Part shown: piece after piece, positions 40,571 to 54,142 of the stretch
Numbering within the stretch: position 1 is the first letter of the stretch
How the letters are laid out: each line of letters starts with the position of its first letter
DNA from: the human T2T-CHM13v2.0 reference genome, Homo sapiens
Direction: 5' to 3' (one strand)
Length of the DNA stretch: 64,000 nt
Assembly (NCBI RefSeq): GCF_009914755.1
Contig: NC_060940.1
Made by a program: the position numbers and the translations under genes
Notes under the pieces: model-generated
What the model saw: only the letters and a program-made list of their open reading frames with translations
Told to the model about the DNA's origin: nothing
Databases searched by the model: none

Positions 40571-41819
40571 TCCATCTTAGAATATGATTTCTTCTCCTTC
40601 CATATATCCAAAGTCCAACCATCCTTCAAGGCCCAGTAAAGAACCACCTCTTCCTACAAGCCTTCCACCACACTCCTTTTCACTCTGAGTTCTATACCAT
40701 TTTTAAACTTTATTTATAGTCAACCTCAGATTCTCTCTGGGTAGATGTCTGTGTGTAACTTCTTTGCCAGTGCATTCTTCTATGAACTCTCCTGGTGATG
40801 TTTCATTCACTAATGCTTTTTTTTTTTGGCATATTCTTTCTTCCATACACACTCCACCTAGTCCTTCTGGCAATGTATACAGTATGAGAGACAGGCATGC
40901 CTTCCAACTGTCTCATCACAAAGTTATAAGAAATAGAAGTTAATAAACAGGAAGCAACATATAAAAACATTGAGTCAAAGAGATGGCACACAAAAGCTGA
41001 AATTTCCATTGCTGCCAATATTCCAATCTGTAGATGGGTCTTTAACAGTCCCCAAAGTAGGGAGCCCATGAGCCCATGTTCTCAGGCCTTTCTTCCTCCT
41101 GACTTCAGTTCGGCATTCTCTGATGTGGTGCTTCAACTCTCACTCCTCCTTGGATCCTCTGTCACCTCCAATCTTCCCAACACTCCAGTAGCCATGCTGT
41201 TATTTCTGGACCATCCTCAGCAGCATGCCTAACTTCCCATGATACTTGGAAATCTACTTTCCATGCCTCAAAGAATTAATGGAAGAGAAAGAATTCATAA
41301 AGAGACCTGGGGTTTGCCTTGCACAATGCCATCTTTGCAGCTCTGCAATCCCACGTCTTCTCCTCCTGTGTGTGTTCGTATGGAGCACTTACTGGAAAAT
41401 CCATTTGAGGATCCTCTAAGATCTCTGCCCAGTCAGATACTTCTCCTCCCACACCCTTCTGGCCATGATGCTCTTTATATCAAAGCATCTACATGCTGCA
41501 AAGTGGGATCATCCTATGGTGTATCTTTTCTGTTGGACCCAAGCATACACCGGGTTTCTCCAGCTGGCCACTAAGTCTGAGGGCCAGTTCTTAGTCCAAT
41601 CTTTTTTTGTATCTCCCTGACTTTTAGTAGTAGGTGCTCCTCTAATCCCTGCTAATCACTGAGTGATACCAATACAGATCAGAGGATTAGCTAATTCAGT
41701 GGAGGGATGCTTTTTGAGAGTAGACATTAGGCTGCTAGTAGCTTCCACCAGCCAAAATAGTTTTTATTTTAGGTGACAGGGGTCACACGAAGTTGAGGAG
41801 CACTTCAATGAGGAAAACA

Positions 41820-42050
41820 TTTTTTGAGTATCTATTAAATATAAAGTATTGTACTGTAGCATTTACCAAGTGTTTACCATGTGTAAGACATCATCTCATA
41901 TGCTTCATATATATCCATACACCTTAAACAATTTAATCCTGAAAACAACTCTGGTGAGGGAGCATTATAATTATACTCCCTTGACAGATGAGGAAACTGA
42001 GGCACACAGATGTTAAGTACAACAGCAAATGGGCTACAAGAGACCAGGCA
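41820..42050 (-). mobile_element. MIR SINE
   Basis: atttaatcctgaaaacaactct...gacagatgaggaaactgaggcaca. Confidence 0.75.
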
Positions 42051-43522
42051 GATACATGATACTATCACGAAGAGCAGAGTAAGACAAATACCACAAGAAA
42101 AGAAAGCAGAGAGGGTAGTTCTCTCACCTGGGATTTCCGTATGTGCTTTGCCTACCTGGAGAACTTAACATGTCCTTCAAGACCCACCTCAAGATCTGTG
42201 CATTTTAGTAAAGCCTTCTCTAACCCCTTCCCCCAGCAGAGCTGTCTCCACCCTTTGTTGGCCCCTCCTGCTGAGACATAGCATTGGCCCAACCCCAATC
42301 ACCTTGCATGATGACTGCTTCCATATCTGCCTCCCTCGCTGGGCCATGAACTCTCCTGGAGGGCAGGGACAGATTGTGCTTCAAGGCCTTCTCAGCACCA
42401 ACCCTTGTTGATGATAAAGCAGTGAGGCAGGCTTACCTAAAGGCCTCCATCCTGAAGTGACATGTGACTTCCACTCACATTCCATTGCCCGCAGCAAGTG
42501 GCATGCTTCTGGTTGCGTTCTACACCTCACACTTTGCCTGGTGAAATTCAGCTATGCCAAAACAAAACCAAAAAAAACATGGGGATGGGGACTGCCAGTT
42601 GGCTGAGTGACAAACAGGTGGCGGATGGCCAAGCCAAGTGGGCATATCATACTCACAACTGGGACGCCTGCAAAGAGGCACTTCTGGAAATGTAGGAAAG
42701 TTGTGAGTCTGGATGGTGTGGGCTATGGTGGAAGCCTTTGGGACACAGAAGGAGCCCACGCACCTTCTTCATAATTCTTCTCTTTATGTTAATTATCAGC
42801 CTGACCTTGGACAGGGCCCTTTCCCAAAAGGGTCCTCTTTCTCTCCATTGGCAAAATATTGGGCTACAAGCTTACTGTCTTGTGGTTGTAAGATTCCATG
42901 CTCTTGACAACCATGCCAGGCACCTGCCTCATCTATGTGCCAAAAATGTTATCTACCCCCTAGTTTGGGATCCTGAGAAATTTTAGCAAAATTTGCCAAA
43001 TACTATAGAGAAATAGATACTTTTCCTTTCCCATTTTTAAAAATCATCTTTTTTTCTACCCACAACAATTTTCTCCTCCTCGAATACTGAGTTCCACGAG
43101 TGAATAAGCTATGTCATCTCTAAGTTTCCAGAAATGTAGATTCCATGGATCGAGGGAAAGAAGGGATGAACCATCTTTTCCCTTTCGTCACAGGAAGCTG
43201 CAGCACATTTCCAAAGTAAGATGGGCTTCTAATTATTAAAAATAAACTCTGGCCCACAGCCTGATTTGCACATTAATGTAGCCAGCAGATGCAGACTTGC
43301 AAACATGCTCTCTGGCTCCATACTGAGACCCAGCTTCTCTGCCCATTTTTCATGCTGAGATTCTCTAAGGACAACCATTTCTGTTTGGAGAACCATGAAA
43401 TCAGCTAATTGCTCTCTCAAGGAAGGGGATGCTGCCCTAGGGCTTAAGGGGGCAATGGTTCCCTAGATTCTGACTAAGGAACTTAAGGAAGATGAAAGGA
43501 AACTTAAGATATGTAGATATGT

Positions 43523-43763
43523 TGGGAGGCCAAGGTGGGTGGATCACAAGGTCAGGAGATCAAGACCATCCTGGCTAACACAGTGAAACCCCGTCTCTAC
43601 TAAAAATACAAAAAATTATCTGGGTATGGTGGCGGGTGCCTATAGTCCCAGCTACTTGGAAGGCTGAGGCAGGAGAATGGTGTGAACCCGGGGGCAGAGC
43701 TTGCAGTGAGCCAAGACCATGCCACTGCACTCCAGCCTGGGGGAGAGAGTGAGACTCCATCTC

Positions 43764-43828
<65 letters not shown>

Positions 43829-43865
43829 TATATATACACACACATATATATATATACACATATAT
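43523..43865 (+). mobile_element. 5'-truncated AluY with long poly(A) plus (TA)n/(CA)n tail
   Basis: AluY diagnostics. 14-bp TSD atatgtagatatgt at 43509-43522 and 43866-43879. Confidence 0.95.
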
Positions 43866-43876
43866 ATATGTAGATA

Positions 43877-44395
43877 TGTATTAAGACTTTTAATATTAAG
43901 TGGCAGAAACACCAACTGATACTGGCTAATGCAGAGGAAGTGGGGTGGGGGGTTGTTGTTAATTTGTTTTGTTTTGTGTTGTTCATGTACCTGAAAAGTC
44001 TAGAATGTGGGAGATGATTACTAGTTTCAGGAATGGCTGGATCTATGTGCTTTGGCAAGCTGATTAGGAGTTTGTCTTTCTCTTTTCTAGCTCACTTTCC
44101 TCAATGTGCCCTTTTACTCTCAGGCAAACTCTTCTCAAGCTGTAACAAGATTTCATCCCCATAGGTAAATAACCCCAGTGAAGAGAAATTCTGTTTCCTA
44201 CTAGTTCCCACAAAAGTATCAGAAATGACCCTTGTACAATTTAAATCACATGCTCAGTCCTCAACCAATCATTGCAGCTTTGGGATAGAATACATTAACT
44301 GATCAGATCAGAGCACATGGAAGTAGGGTTGAGGTCCACCCCACTCACATCTCATGAACTAAGAGTACAAAGGGGTAGTTCCCCAAAGAAAAATC
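43877..44395 (-). mobile_element. MLT1K-like LTR
   Basis: tgtattaagacttt...agtggcagaaacaccaact...tttcaggaatggctggatc...aaccaatca...gttccccaaagaaaaatc. Confidence 0.65.
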
Positions 44396-44399
44396 AACT

Positions 44400-47300
44400 T
44401 TAAAACCTGGACTAAATATGTGCACTGTTCTGAGGACTCTGTATAGTAAATACTAACAGGTAGATAGGGAAGTAAGACCAGAACTCAAAGTTCTATTGAA
44501 GTTATGAATTATTTTTTCCCCTCTGTTATTCTAGGACCAGAAGATGACATGGCCCCCTGACACCCTGATGTGGTCATTAACATAAATAGAGAGCTCTAGG
44601 AGACACTGTATAGTTCTGGGTCAAGAAGTAGGAAAGGGAACTCCTACTCTTAGATAGGAATGAACTGAAAAACACCATCAACAAATAAGACCTTACTGAC
44701 ATTTATGGAATACCCTCATCCAACAAAAGCAACATTCAATTTTTTTCAAGTGCATATTAAATATCCACCAAGATAGAGCATGATCCTGGATCATAAAACA
44801 AGCTTTAACCAATTTAAAATAATGGAAATTATACAAAGTATGTTCTCAAACTATAATGGAATTAAACTGGAAATCAGTAAGAGAAAAACAAGAGGAAAAT
44901 ATCTAAATGCTAACATATTAAACAACACACTTCTAAATAATTCATAGGTCAAAAAAGAAGCCCCAAGAAATATGAGAAAATATTTGAACTGAATGAAAAT
45001 AAAAATACAGCCTATCAAAATTTGTGAAGTGCTTCTAAAATAGTGCTTAGATGAAAATTTATAGTATTGGTTAAAAAAGAAAGAAAAACAAAACTGAAAA
45101 AAAGAAAAATAAAGATCTCAAATCAGCCATCTAGGCTTCCACCACAAGAAACTAGAAAAAGAAGAGTAAAACAAAACCAAAGTAACCAGGAGAAAGAAAG
45201 CAGTAAAAGTAATGCAGAATCAATGAAATTGAACCTGAAAGGCTATGGAGAAAGTTAATCAAGTCAAAGGTGTTTTTTCAATAATTGGAAAAATCAAAAT
45301 GTGTCTAGCAAGACTGACAGAGAAAGAAGAGATAAGATACAAATGATTAATATCAGGAATGAAAGAGAAGATATCACTACAGGTCCTGTGGCCATTAAAA
45401 ATAATAAGGTAATACTACAAACATAATACATATAAATTCAAAAACTTAGATAAAATTGAACAATTCTTGGAAAACCACAAAAAACAAAACTCATCCAAGA
45501 TGAAATGAATAACCTAAATAGTCCTATACTTATTTTAAAAATTGAATCTATCTTTTAAAACCTTTCAAAAAAGTCATTTCCAGGCCTGATACCTTTACTA
45601 GAAATTCTACAAAATATTTAAAGAAGAAAAAATAATAATTCTACACAATTTCTTTCAGAAAATAGAATTGAAGGAAACATATACCCAACTCATTTCATGA
45701 AGCCTGTATACCAAAAACATACAAAAATAGCGACAAATAGAAAACTGCAGACTAATATCCTTCATAAATACAGAAGCAAAATTTCTCAGCAAAATAATAG
45801 CAACCAAATTAAAAAAACACATACACAACCAAGTGGAATTTATAGCAGGAATATAAGGCTGATCCAATATTTAAAAATCAATCAATGTAATCTACTATAT
45901 TAAAATTTTAAAAGGCAAAATACATCATCATACGTAATCCAGAAAATGCATTTGACAAAATGCAACAATTCATGATAAAAAAAAAACCTCTCCATAAACT
46001 TGAAATAGAAGAAAACATCCTCAATCTGACAAAGAACAAATGTAAAAAGCCTACAGCTAACATTCTACTTAATGGCAAATTATGAATGTTTTTCTTATCA
46101 GATTGGGAGAAAGGCATGGATGAATTCTCACTGCTCCTTTTTAATATTGTACAGGAAGTCCTAGCTATTTGCAATAAGCAGAGAAAAGAATCAAAAGGCA
46201 TACAGACTAGAAAAGAAGAAATAAAACCTTCTATTTGTAGATGACATAGCGTTCTATACAGAAAATCCCAAGGAATCTATAAAAGCTTCTAAAACTAATA
46301 CCTGAGTTTAGCAAGATTGCAAGGCAACACACAAAATCAATCATATTGCTATATATTAGCAATGTATAATTGGAAAACAAAATTTTAAAACAATGTCATT
46401 CACAATACCCCTCCAAAAAGTGAAATACATATATAAGACCTGTATGCTGAAAACTATAAGAAATGCTTATGAAAGAGGTTAAAGAAGACCTCAATAAATG
46501 GAAAGATACACCATGTTCATGGATTGCAAAACTCAGCATAGTTACAATGTCAGTTCTTCCCAAAATGATCTACATATTTAACACAATTCCAATAAAAATC
46601 CCAGGAGGATTTTTTTTTAAATATTGACAAGTGGACTTTCGAATTTATATGGACATGGAAAAGAACTAGAATAGCCAAAACAATTTTGAAAAAGGAATTA
46701 CAAAGTTGGAGCACTTACAGTACCTGATTGTATGATTTCCTATAAAGCTTCAGTAGTCCAGATAGTGTGGTGTCAGCAAAAGAACAGGCACATAGATAGC
46801 ATAAGGGAGTTTCTTGGGGTGATCAAATCGTTCTATATTCTGATTCTAGCAGTGGCTGCACAAACCTATACCTGAGTTAAAAGTCATAGAACAGTACATC
46901 CTTCCAAAAGTCAATGGTACTATCTTATACTTTTAAAATAAAATTTCTTTTTAGACCTTTTAATTGAAAAATAAACTTCCAAGGCGTTAAGTCAGTTCAC
47001 TGGCGAAAAGAAAATGTTTTTAACAGAAGCGCTGAAACAATCCATATGGAAATGAATGAACTTCAACTCTATCTTCATTCCATACACAAACATAAATTAA
47101 GACAGATCATAGACCTAAGCATAAAAGTGAAAACCATAAAGCTTCTAGAATAAAACACAAAAGAATACTTTTGCATTCTTAGATTAGACAAAGATTTCTT
47201 CAGACATTAAAATCACGAAGCATAATGAAAACAATAGGTAACTTGAACTTAAATTTTAAAATCCCTACTTATGAAAAGACGTCATTAAGAAAATGAATAG

Positions 47301-48200
47301 TAAAAAACACAAATGGGGAGAGGTTTTTGCCACATTTATATCTGACAAATGACTTGTGTATAACACATAAAGAATTCCTACAAATCAACAATAAAATGGC
47401 AAGCTACCTTTTTTAAACTGGGCAAATAACTTAAAAGATACTTCACAGGGGAAGATACACATATAGCTAATAAGAAATGGTATTTAACATCAATGCAAAT
47501 TTTAACTACAGTGAGACACCGTTTTATGCTCACCAGAATGGCTATTCTAACAATACAAAATGTGGAACCTATGAACCATCTGGAACTCTGGTGTGTCACT
47601 GTTGGGAATGTAAAATGGTACAGCCATTTGGATATCTATTCAGCAGCTTCTACTAAATTTACTCATGTGTCTATTGTATGCTTCAACATTCCACTCCTAT
47701 TTCAACAGAAATGGGTTCATATGTGCACTTAAAATGTGGAAGAGGATGCTCATTGCAGTCTTAATCATAATATCCAAAATTGGAAATAACTCAAATGTTT
47801 TCCATAGTAAAATAGATAAACAAATAGTGGTATGTCCATACAATAAAATACTATTCTGCAGCAGTAAAGGAAAAAACAACCTGGATGAATCTCAAAAACA
47901 TTACAGTGGACAAAGGAAGCCAGGCACATAATAGCACATACTGGGCGATTTTGTCTATGTCAAGTTCTAGAACACACAAAACTAAGCTAAGGTGATAGGA
48001 ATCAGAACAGTGGTTGCCTGCGGGCTTGGAAGGTTGGCTACAAATGAGCCCAAGAGAACTTCCTGGAGGGATGTAAATACTTTGTAGCTTATTTTGGATA
48101 ATGGTTTCACAGCTGATTACAATTTTCCAAACTCATGAAATTGAACATTTTAGAGTTGCGCATTTCTATTGTATATAAATTTTACCTCAATTTAGTTAAA
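44400..48200 (+). mobile_element. Old L1M (L1MD/L1ME) fragments: 5' piece, ORF2 and 3' end
   Basis: A-rich ORF2 remnant (tatttgtagatgacat in the FxDD region; aataaatggaaagatacaccatgttcatggattg). 3' UTR gaatcagaacagtggttgcct...tttacctcaat. An extra 3'-end piece sits at about 46800-46950. Confidence 0.85.
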
Positions 48201-49469
48201 AAAGAAACCATTTATAAATGTAGCACTTTATTTTCTACAAACCATTTTCACATCCATTCCCCTATTCCCTCCATGTAATCTTCTCATCAACCCCAGGCAG
48301 TAGGAAGATCAGGATTATTGTACGAATGAGTAAACTGCGAGAGATCAGAATGAGGGAGCGACTCCCAAGGTCACACACAGAGCAAGCTTTTGCCAGAGCA
48401 GGGACTAAAGCCCAGGTGTTAGGACTCCACAGCCAGTGCTCCTTATGCAATGCCTTGTTTTTCAACGTGTTATCCCTTTCTCTCTGGCATTACAGAGATC
48501 CCCAGGGGCACAGTAAATGTCAGCTTCCTCAATTCTCACCACATTAATCTCTTTTGCATACCAAAATTCTGCCTAAGATTTCATTGAAAAGTTTGTGAAT
48601 TACTGATGTTACAAATGCTAAAAATATGCTAAAACAAACATACATATCCAGTAGCTTCTCTTTTCCTTTGCATAGCTTTGTGGTATAATTTGGGAGACAT
48701 TAGAGTCCAATTTTCACTCTGGGCTGAAAACAGTTATATCTGTTTGAAACAGTGCAGGCTCCAGGCACCAGCTATTATACCAGAGTACACAGAACAGAAA
48801 GACAGGCCGGAAAGGAAGGGCTTTAACCACAGTGTGATGTCAGCCTAGTCATTCTCCCTCTCTGAGACTCAGTTTCCCCATCTTTCATACAAGGAGCCTG
48901 GACCAGATAAGCTTTAACTGAGTATCCAGTAAGAGGGTCTAGAGCTGAAGGGGCAGTATTCATCTTCTTCTGAAACCTCCCATATGAGCATTATCAGCCC
49001 AGGTATCCCACCTGAGGATTCTCTTTCCAGGGAAAAATCGCAAGTCATTGAGGTGAAGGGGACTCACCTCCATGCAGAGAAGTGACCAAGACCTCCAGGA
49101 TAAATCATCTTCCATTTCCTGTCCAAGGAGACTTCAAGGGATCTGACAACCTCTCTGTATTACTTATGGGCTAAGAAATTGTATTGTGAAGACTTGGGTC
49201 CCAGTCCTGGTTCCATCAATAGCTGACAGTACGACTCTGAACAAGACCCCTCTCCTCCAGGGACTTTTTGCCTCACCCATAAAATGGAGTTAATGGCCCC
49301 TGGTGACCTCCTGGATTGTTGAGAAGATCTAATGAAGTAAAAGGTAAGAACATGCTTTGAACAGAATAAACTCTCTACCACCATTGGGGGCTCTCATTTT
49401 TGGGGAGAGGGAAGCCAGGGGCATCTTCTAGTCCCTGCAGTGCGGTCCAACCTTTTTTCCCCATCCCTG

Positions 49470-49501
49470 TGCAGTGCCACTCAGACCACTAGATGGCGGT
49501 A
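49470..49501 (+). promoter_or_regulatory. CTCF binding site, core plus upstream (ZF9-11) module
   Basis: tgcagtgcc-actca-gaccactagatggcggta. The core fully matches CCASYAGRKGGCRS and the TGCAG module is at canonical spacing. Confidence 0.8.
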
Positions 49502-50129
49502 GCTGTCACTTGCCAATTCTGGAAAAAAGGGTGTGGGAGAGCCAGGGGGCCGTCTGCTTTAGGAAAACTAGGCCAAAGCCAGCCCGTTACATCACTTCTG
49601 ATCCAAGCAGCCAGTTCAGTCTAGATTTTTCCTTACTGCAGGCGACAATGCAAAAAAACTTCCAGGCTCTTGCGCATTTCAACGCTAACTGTTCGGCCTG
49701 AAAAATGTCCTTAACTCCCAGGGATTGGTCCTGCAGGCTCTGCCCCATCTTCCCTGGGTACAGCTTCTCTACTTAGGGCCTCCTACTGCCCTCTCCAGAT
49801 ACCCCACCCTCAGCCATACTTGAAGTGAATTTCTCGTCCTGCCTTTAAATCTCAATCTCATTCATCAGGCACTTAATGATATCTACTTGTGTGCAAAGGC
49901 CTACACCAGGGCCCATGCTGGAGTAAGTGGGACCCAGACCCTATACTCAAGGGAAAGAAGGGGGACTACAAACTACATGAGTTCAAATCCGCCTCTGCTT
50001 CTCACTTGCTATATGCGTGATTTGAACCGGTCACTCAAGTTTTCTCTTCTTCAACTTTCTTCATTTTAAAATGGGGTTAATAATAGGCTTGTTTTATTGT
50101 TAAATGAACTCATACTGGCCAGTTCTTTG

Positions 50130-50327
50130 GCTTGGAATGGGGTCTAGCACTTCATAAGCAATAATCATTTATTGAGCACCTATTAGGGGTAGGTACATTA
50201 TCTGATTTAATGCCCAAATTAATAGCTTGGAATGGGGTCTAGCACTTCATAAGCAATAATCATTTATTGAGCACCTATTAGGGGTAGGTACATTATCTGA
50301 TTTAATGCCCATATTAATGGCTTGGAA
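50130..50327. repeat. 95-bp tandem duplication
   Basis: gcttggaa recurs at 50130, 50225 and 50320. The two units are 93/95 identical. Confidence 0.97.
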
Positions 50328-50659
50328 AAGTTAAGCAATTTGCACAAGGTTGTTCAGTGAATCAGAAGCAAAGTTAGAATTTGAACCTGGTCTGTCTGAC
50401 TCCAGGAGCGCTGCCTTCAGCTGTTCTTACAGAAAGTGAGCAGCTAAACAAAGGTACCAAGGGACCAGCAGACCTGCAGACTATACGGCCAGTCCCAGCA
50501 GCACAGCTGCAAATTGGGCATCCTAAATCTGCCATTCGGGTCTCAGTGATCCTGTTCTGGATTTAGCTCTAGCACTAACTGGGGACTAACGCTAACCTCT
50601 AGCACTAACCCCTCCTTGGGACTCAATTTATTCACCTATAAACAAGGCAGCTTGATAGA

Positions 50660-50835
50660 TCAGTATTTTCCACACATGTCTAGTTGTCAAAATCATCTGC
50701 GGTCTTTCTTGAAAGTATGGAATTCTGGACTCCACGTCAGGTCTGCTAAAATAGAATCTCCAGGGGAAGGGTCTGCAGATCTATTTTTAACAAGCGATTC
50801 AGAAAACTCTTAGGACCAGGAAAGATAGGAAAGCA
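50660..50835. mobile_element. MER5-family DNA transposon
   Basis: aaatcatctg...aattctggactccac...agaatctccagggg...tatttttaacaagc. Confidence 0.65.
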
Positions 50836-51676
50836 TCCTAGGCCCAGATGATCTTAGCAATTCTCCCAGCTCCTACTATCACTCAGTCAGGCTCTTGATC
50901 GGCCTCCCTACAGACCCATCATGAACACTACAGTCCCTCTCCCTATGCCCCAGGATTTGACCCTCCTGAGCAATTCCCCACCCTGCATGGATTTGATAGC
51001 TCCTTCCTTCCTGTAAGGCACTTAGGCTCTTAAGGGAGGTAAAGCTATTTAAATAATGAATGGAATTTACAGTAGCATTCGGAATTCACTTAAGCAATAG
51101 AAACATGATTGCAGTAAAGTCCCTTAAAAATCTTTTCATCGGGTTAGAAAGAAGATAAAGTAACTTCTCCCTTGACTTTCCTAATATGCAAACCAGGATG
51201 TTTTGACAAGACTCAATTCTAAATTTCTGCAATGTCCATTTGGAAGGTGTAATGTTCACTGTCAGAATAACAGTGCCCTGCTGCCCCAGTCTGATATACC
51301 CAGAAGCTGTAGGTCAAACCACATTTCAGGCCAAGGGCAGGGTTACCAGCTCCTGTGTCCTGGTGGGGAGCCTTGTGAAAAAAAAATGGGAAAGAAGCTG
51401 CAAGGCACAAAGCCAGCCCCAGCTCCATTCTATCAGTTTGTACTATAAATCCTGTCGATCCTTGTTCTTCCTGTTTGCAGAGTCATCAAACAGCAAAACT
51501 GAGCAATATTGGCTGCCCATTTTTCCTCCTTTCTGTTGCAGTCTCTCAGTTCCTATGAGCAGCTGACCTCACTAACCTGAAACATACCTGAAATTCTCAC
51601 TGTTAGGCCATGCCCTTGGGCTTAGGGAATGTTTTCTGGAAGAGTGTGTACCTTGGGTTGAGTTTTGGAAGATTGG

Positions 51677-52060
51677 TGTATCAGTCAGCTATTGCCATAA
51701 GAATGCCACATAACAAAGCACCCCAGTACTCAGTGCTTACAGCATTCAGTTATTCTCACTCATACATATGTGGGTTAACGGGGGCAGCTCTGCTGATCTC
51801 ACTTGGGCTCAGCTGAGTTTGGCTCTGGCCTTTGGTTTGATCCAGGTACTCCAGGCATCCCTCAGTTCTTGGACCACCAGGTTAGCCAAGACGTGTTTCT
51901 CTTATTGTGATGGAAGAAGCCCAAGAGGACAAGCTCACCACTCAAGTCTATTTCAAGCTGCTGCTGACTTCACATCTGCTCACATCCCATTGACCAGAGC
52001 AAAGGGCAATGACATACAATCTGCCCAATGTGAGGCCAAAGCAAGTCACAGAACACAGGA
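51677..52060 (-). mobile_element. MLT1I/J-like LTR
   Basis: tgtatcagtcagctattgcc...gcagctctgctgatct...cacatctgctcacatcccattgaccagagcaa. Confidence 0.7.
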
Positions 52061-52439
52061 GGGGCATGGGAAGGTTAAAATGGAAAGAGAGCCAAGTACT
52101 TGGGGCCACTCCCTGCAGGTGGGATGACACCTGGGAGGGACCCCGGGGAAGTTAGAGCTGGGCTTCATTTAGAATTCACTTAAGCAATAGAAAAACAGTT
52201 GCAGTAATGTCACACCAGGTTGTTTGCATCAAACAAATCACAATTTCAGCAAAAGATCAGATGGAGAAGAGACACTGAGTGATCATCTTGTCCCACCCCC
52301 TCAGCTTCCTGATAGCCTGATACGAAAAGGGGCTTATGGAAGGTCATTAGGCAAGTAAGCAGCAGAATGAAGAATATTATCTGTCCTTAGGCAATTTTCC
52401 CATCTGAGATGCTCCTAAACAGTCCAGGGAATTAAAATT

Positions 52440-53990
52440 TCATTTATTGACAAACATTTATTTAGCACTCACTCTGTGCTAAGTACTGTTCTGGATGTTA
52501 GGAATAAAGTGAACAAAACACTTCTCATAAAGCTTCCATTCTGCTTGGGGGAGGAATAGACTAAATAAACAAGGAAATCCATTGCATGGTGATAAGTGTT
52601 ATGAGAAAAAATAAACATGGCGAGGGAGATGGTTAGTGCCAAAGTTGGGGTTGTAGGGAGAGGAAGTTAGTGTCATTGATTGGGTAGTGAAGGAAGGTCT
52701 CAGATAAGATCACATTTGAAATGGAAGTTGAAGGAAGTGAGGGGAGGAGCCATGAAGATATCTGGGCATTTTCAGCAGGGAGAACTTCAAGTAGGTCAGG
52801 AACAAGCTTGCCATGGACTGGAGTGAGCAAAGGGGACATAGTGGTAGGAAAGGTCAGCAGGACAGCAGGGGAGGGCCAGGTCATAAACAGCCTTGGGGGC
52901 CATGGAAGGGCTGGGAGTTTTGATTAAAATGGGATGGAAAATATTGGAGAGCGCTGAGCCAAGGAGACACACGAATGGACTTTGGTTTTAAAAGATCCTT
53001 TTCACTGCTGTGTTGAGAATAGATTGTAGGAGCTAAGAGTTTGGAACCTGAGAGCCTGATTAGGTGGTATAAACCAAAAAAAAAGAAAAAAGAAAAAGAA
53101 AATGTAAAAGAAGAAGTGATGTCGATCAATTTAGAGGTTGATTTTGCCCAGGTTGAGGACGTGCCTGGGATAAAGAGACACAAGCCACAATAGGATCTGT
53201 GGCTCATACTTTTTCCAAGGATGATTTTAAGGGCTTCAATATTTAACAGGGAAAAGATGGGCAGGCCGAGAAAGGAGGGAAAAAAAAGAGGGAGGATATG
53301 GTCACATTTTTCTGAGGCTTTGATTAGCACTCACTGAATCCACATGTTTCATGTGAAAAGGAGGGGGCAGAGGAACAGTCAATTATGCATCCGTCTCACG
53401 CTCAGTTAATCTGCACTTTACATAAGATAAAGTAAACACAGTACAGGAAGAAGTCGAATATAAATTCATCTCGGGGTAGGCGGTGGAAGGGGGGTAAAAT
53501 TTCTAGTCTCCTCTTGTCCTGTACCATAAAGATAAGCTGTTAATTTACATTGTCAGGGTGAGGGAGGCCCCCTGGGGAAATTTGTGGCCTTCTATCTTGT
53601 AGCTATCTATTTATGAACAAAAGAAAAGGCAAGTTTTTTGCATGATTTGGTTTCCAAGCTTAACTTTTCCCTTGACATGCTGAGTTGAGGGTCCCAAGAT
53701 TTTATTTTCCTTTCACAGTGACAATTGCTGTAATCCAAGCTAGGGATGGTGATGGTGGCTGGGACCTAGGGGTTGGCATTCCAGGTGGTGAGAAAGGGTC
53801 AAATTTAGGATCAATTTGGATGGTAAAGCTAAGCAGATTCCTTGATGAATTAGATTAATGTGGTGTTAGAGTTTGAGGTCAGAAATGACTCCAAGATTTT
53901 TGTCTTGACTGACTGAATAGATGTAGTTGCCATTTTCTGAGTTGGGGACAGTTGCAGAAGGAGCGGATTTGGGTGGGCAAATCAAAATAC
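52440..53990 (-). mobile_element. L2a fragment split by MER4
   Basis: caaacatttatttagcactcactctgtgc...gaaggtctcagataagatcacatttga...atgactccaagattttt. Confidence 0.8.
53068..53717 (-). mobile_element. MER4-family (MER4B/D-like) ERV1 solo LTR
   Basis: tcaatttagaggttgattttgcccaggttgaggac...gtcccaagattttattttcctttcaca. Near-TSD gtgg/gtga. Confidence 0.85.
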
Positions 53991-54142
53991 ATGTGTAAGG
54001 GGCCGTTGCCTCCCCATACTTTCTGGCTGGCCATATGCAGCTCCTTTCCCCAATCCCAGGGCAGGTTTAAAGGTTTCTGTAGCCAAATATAGCCACAATA
54101 GTGCTTTGCTCTGATACACGTAATAATTCTCAGTAAATGCTC

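Noticed and set aside
42651-42708. 10-bp inverted repeat actcacaact/agttgtgagt
   Set aside because: Short stem with a 38-bp loop, expected by chance in 64 kb.
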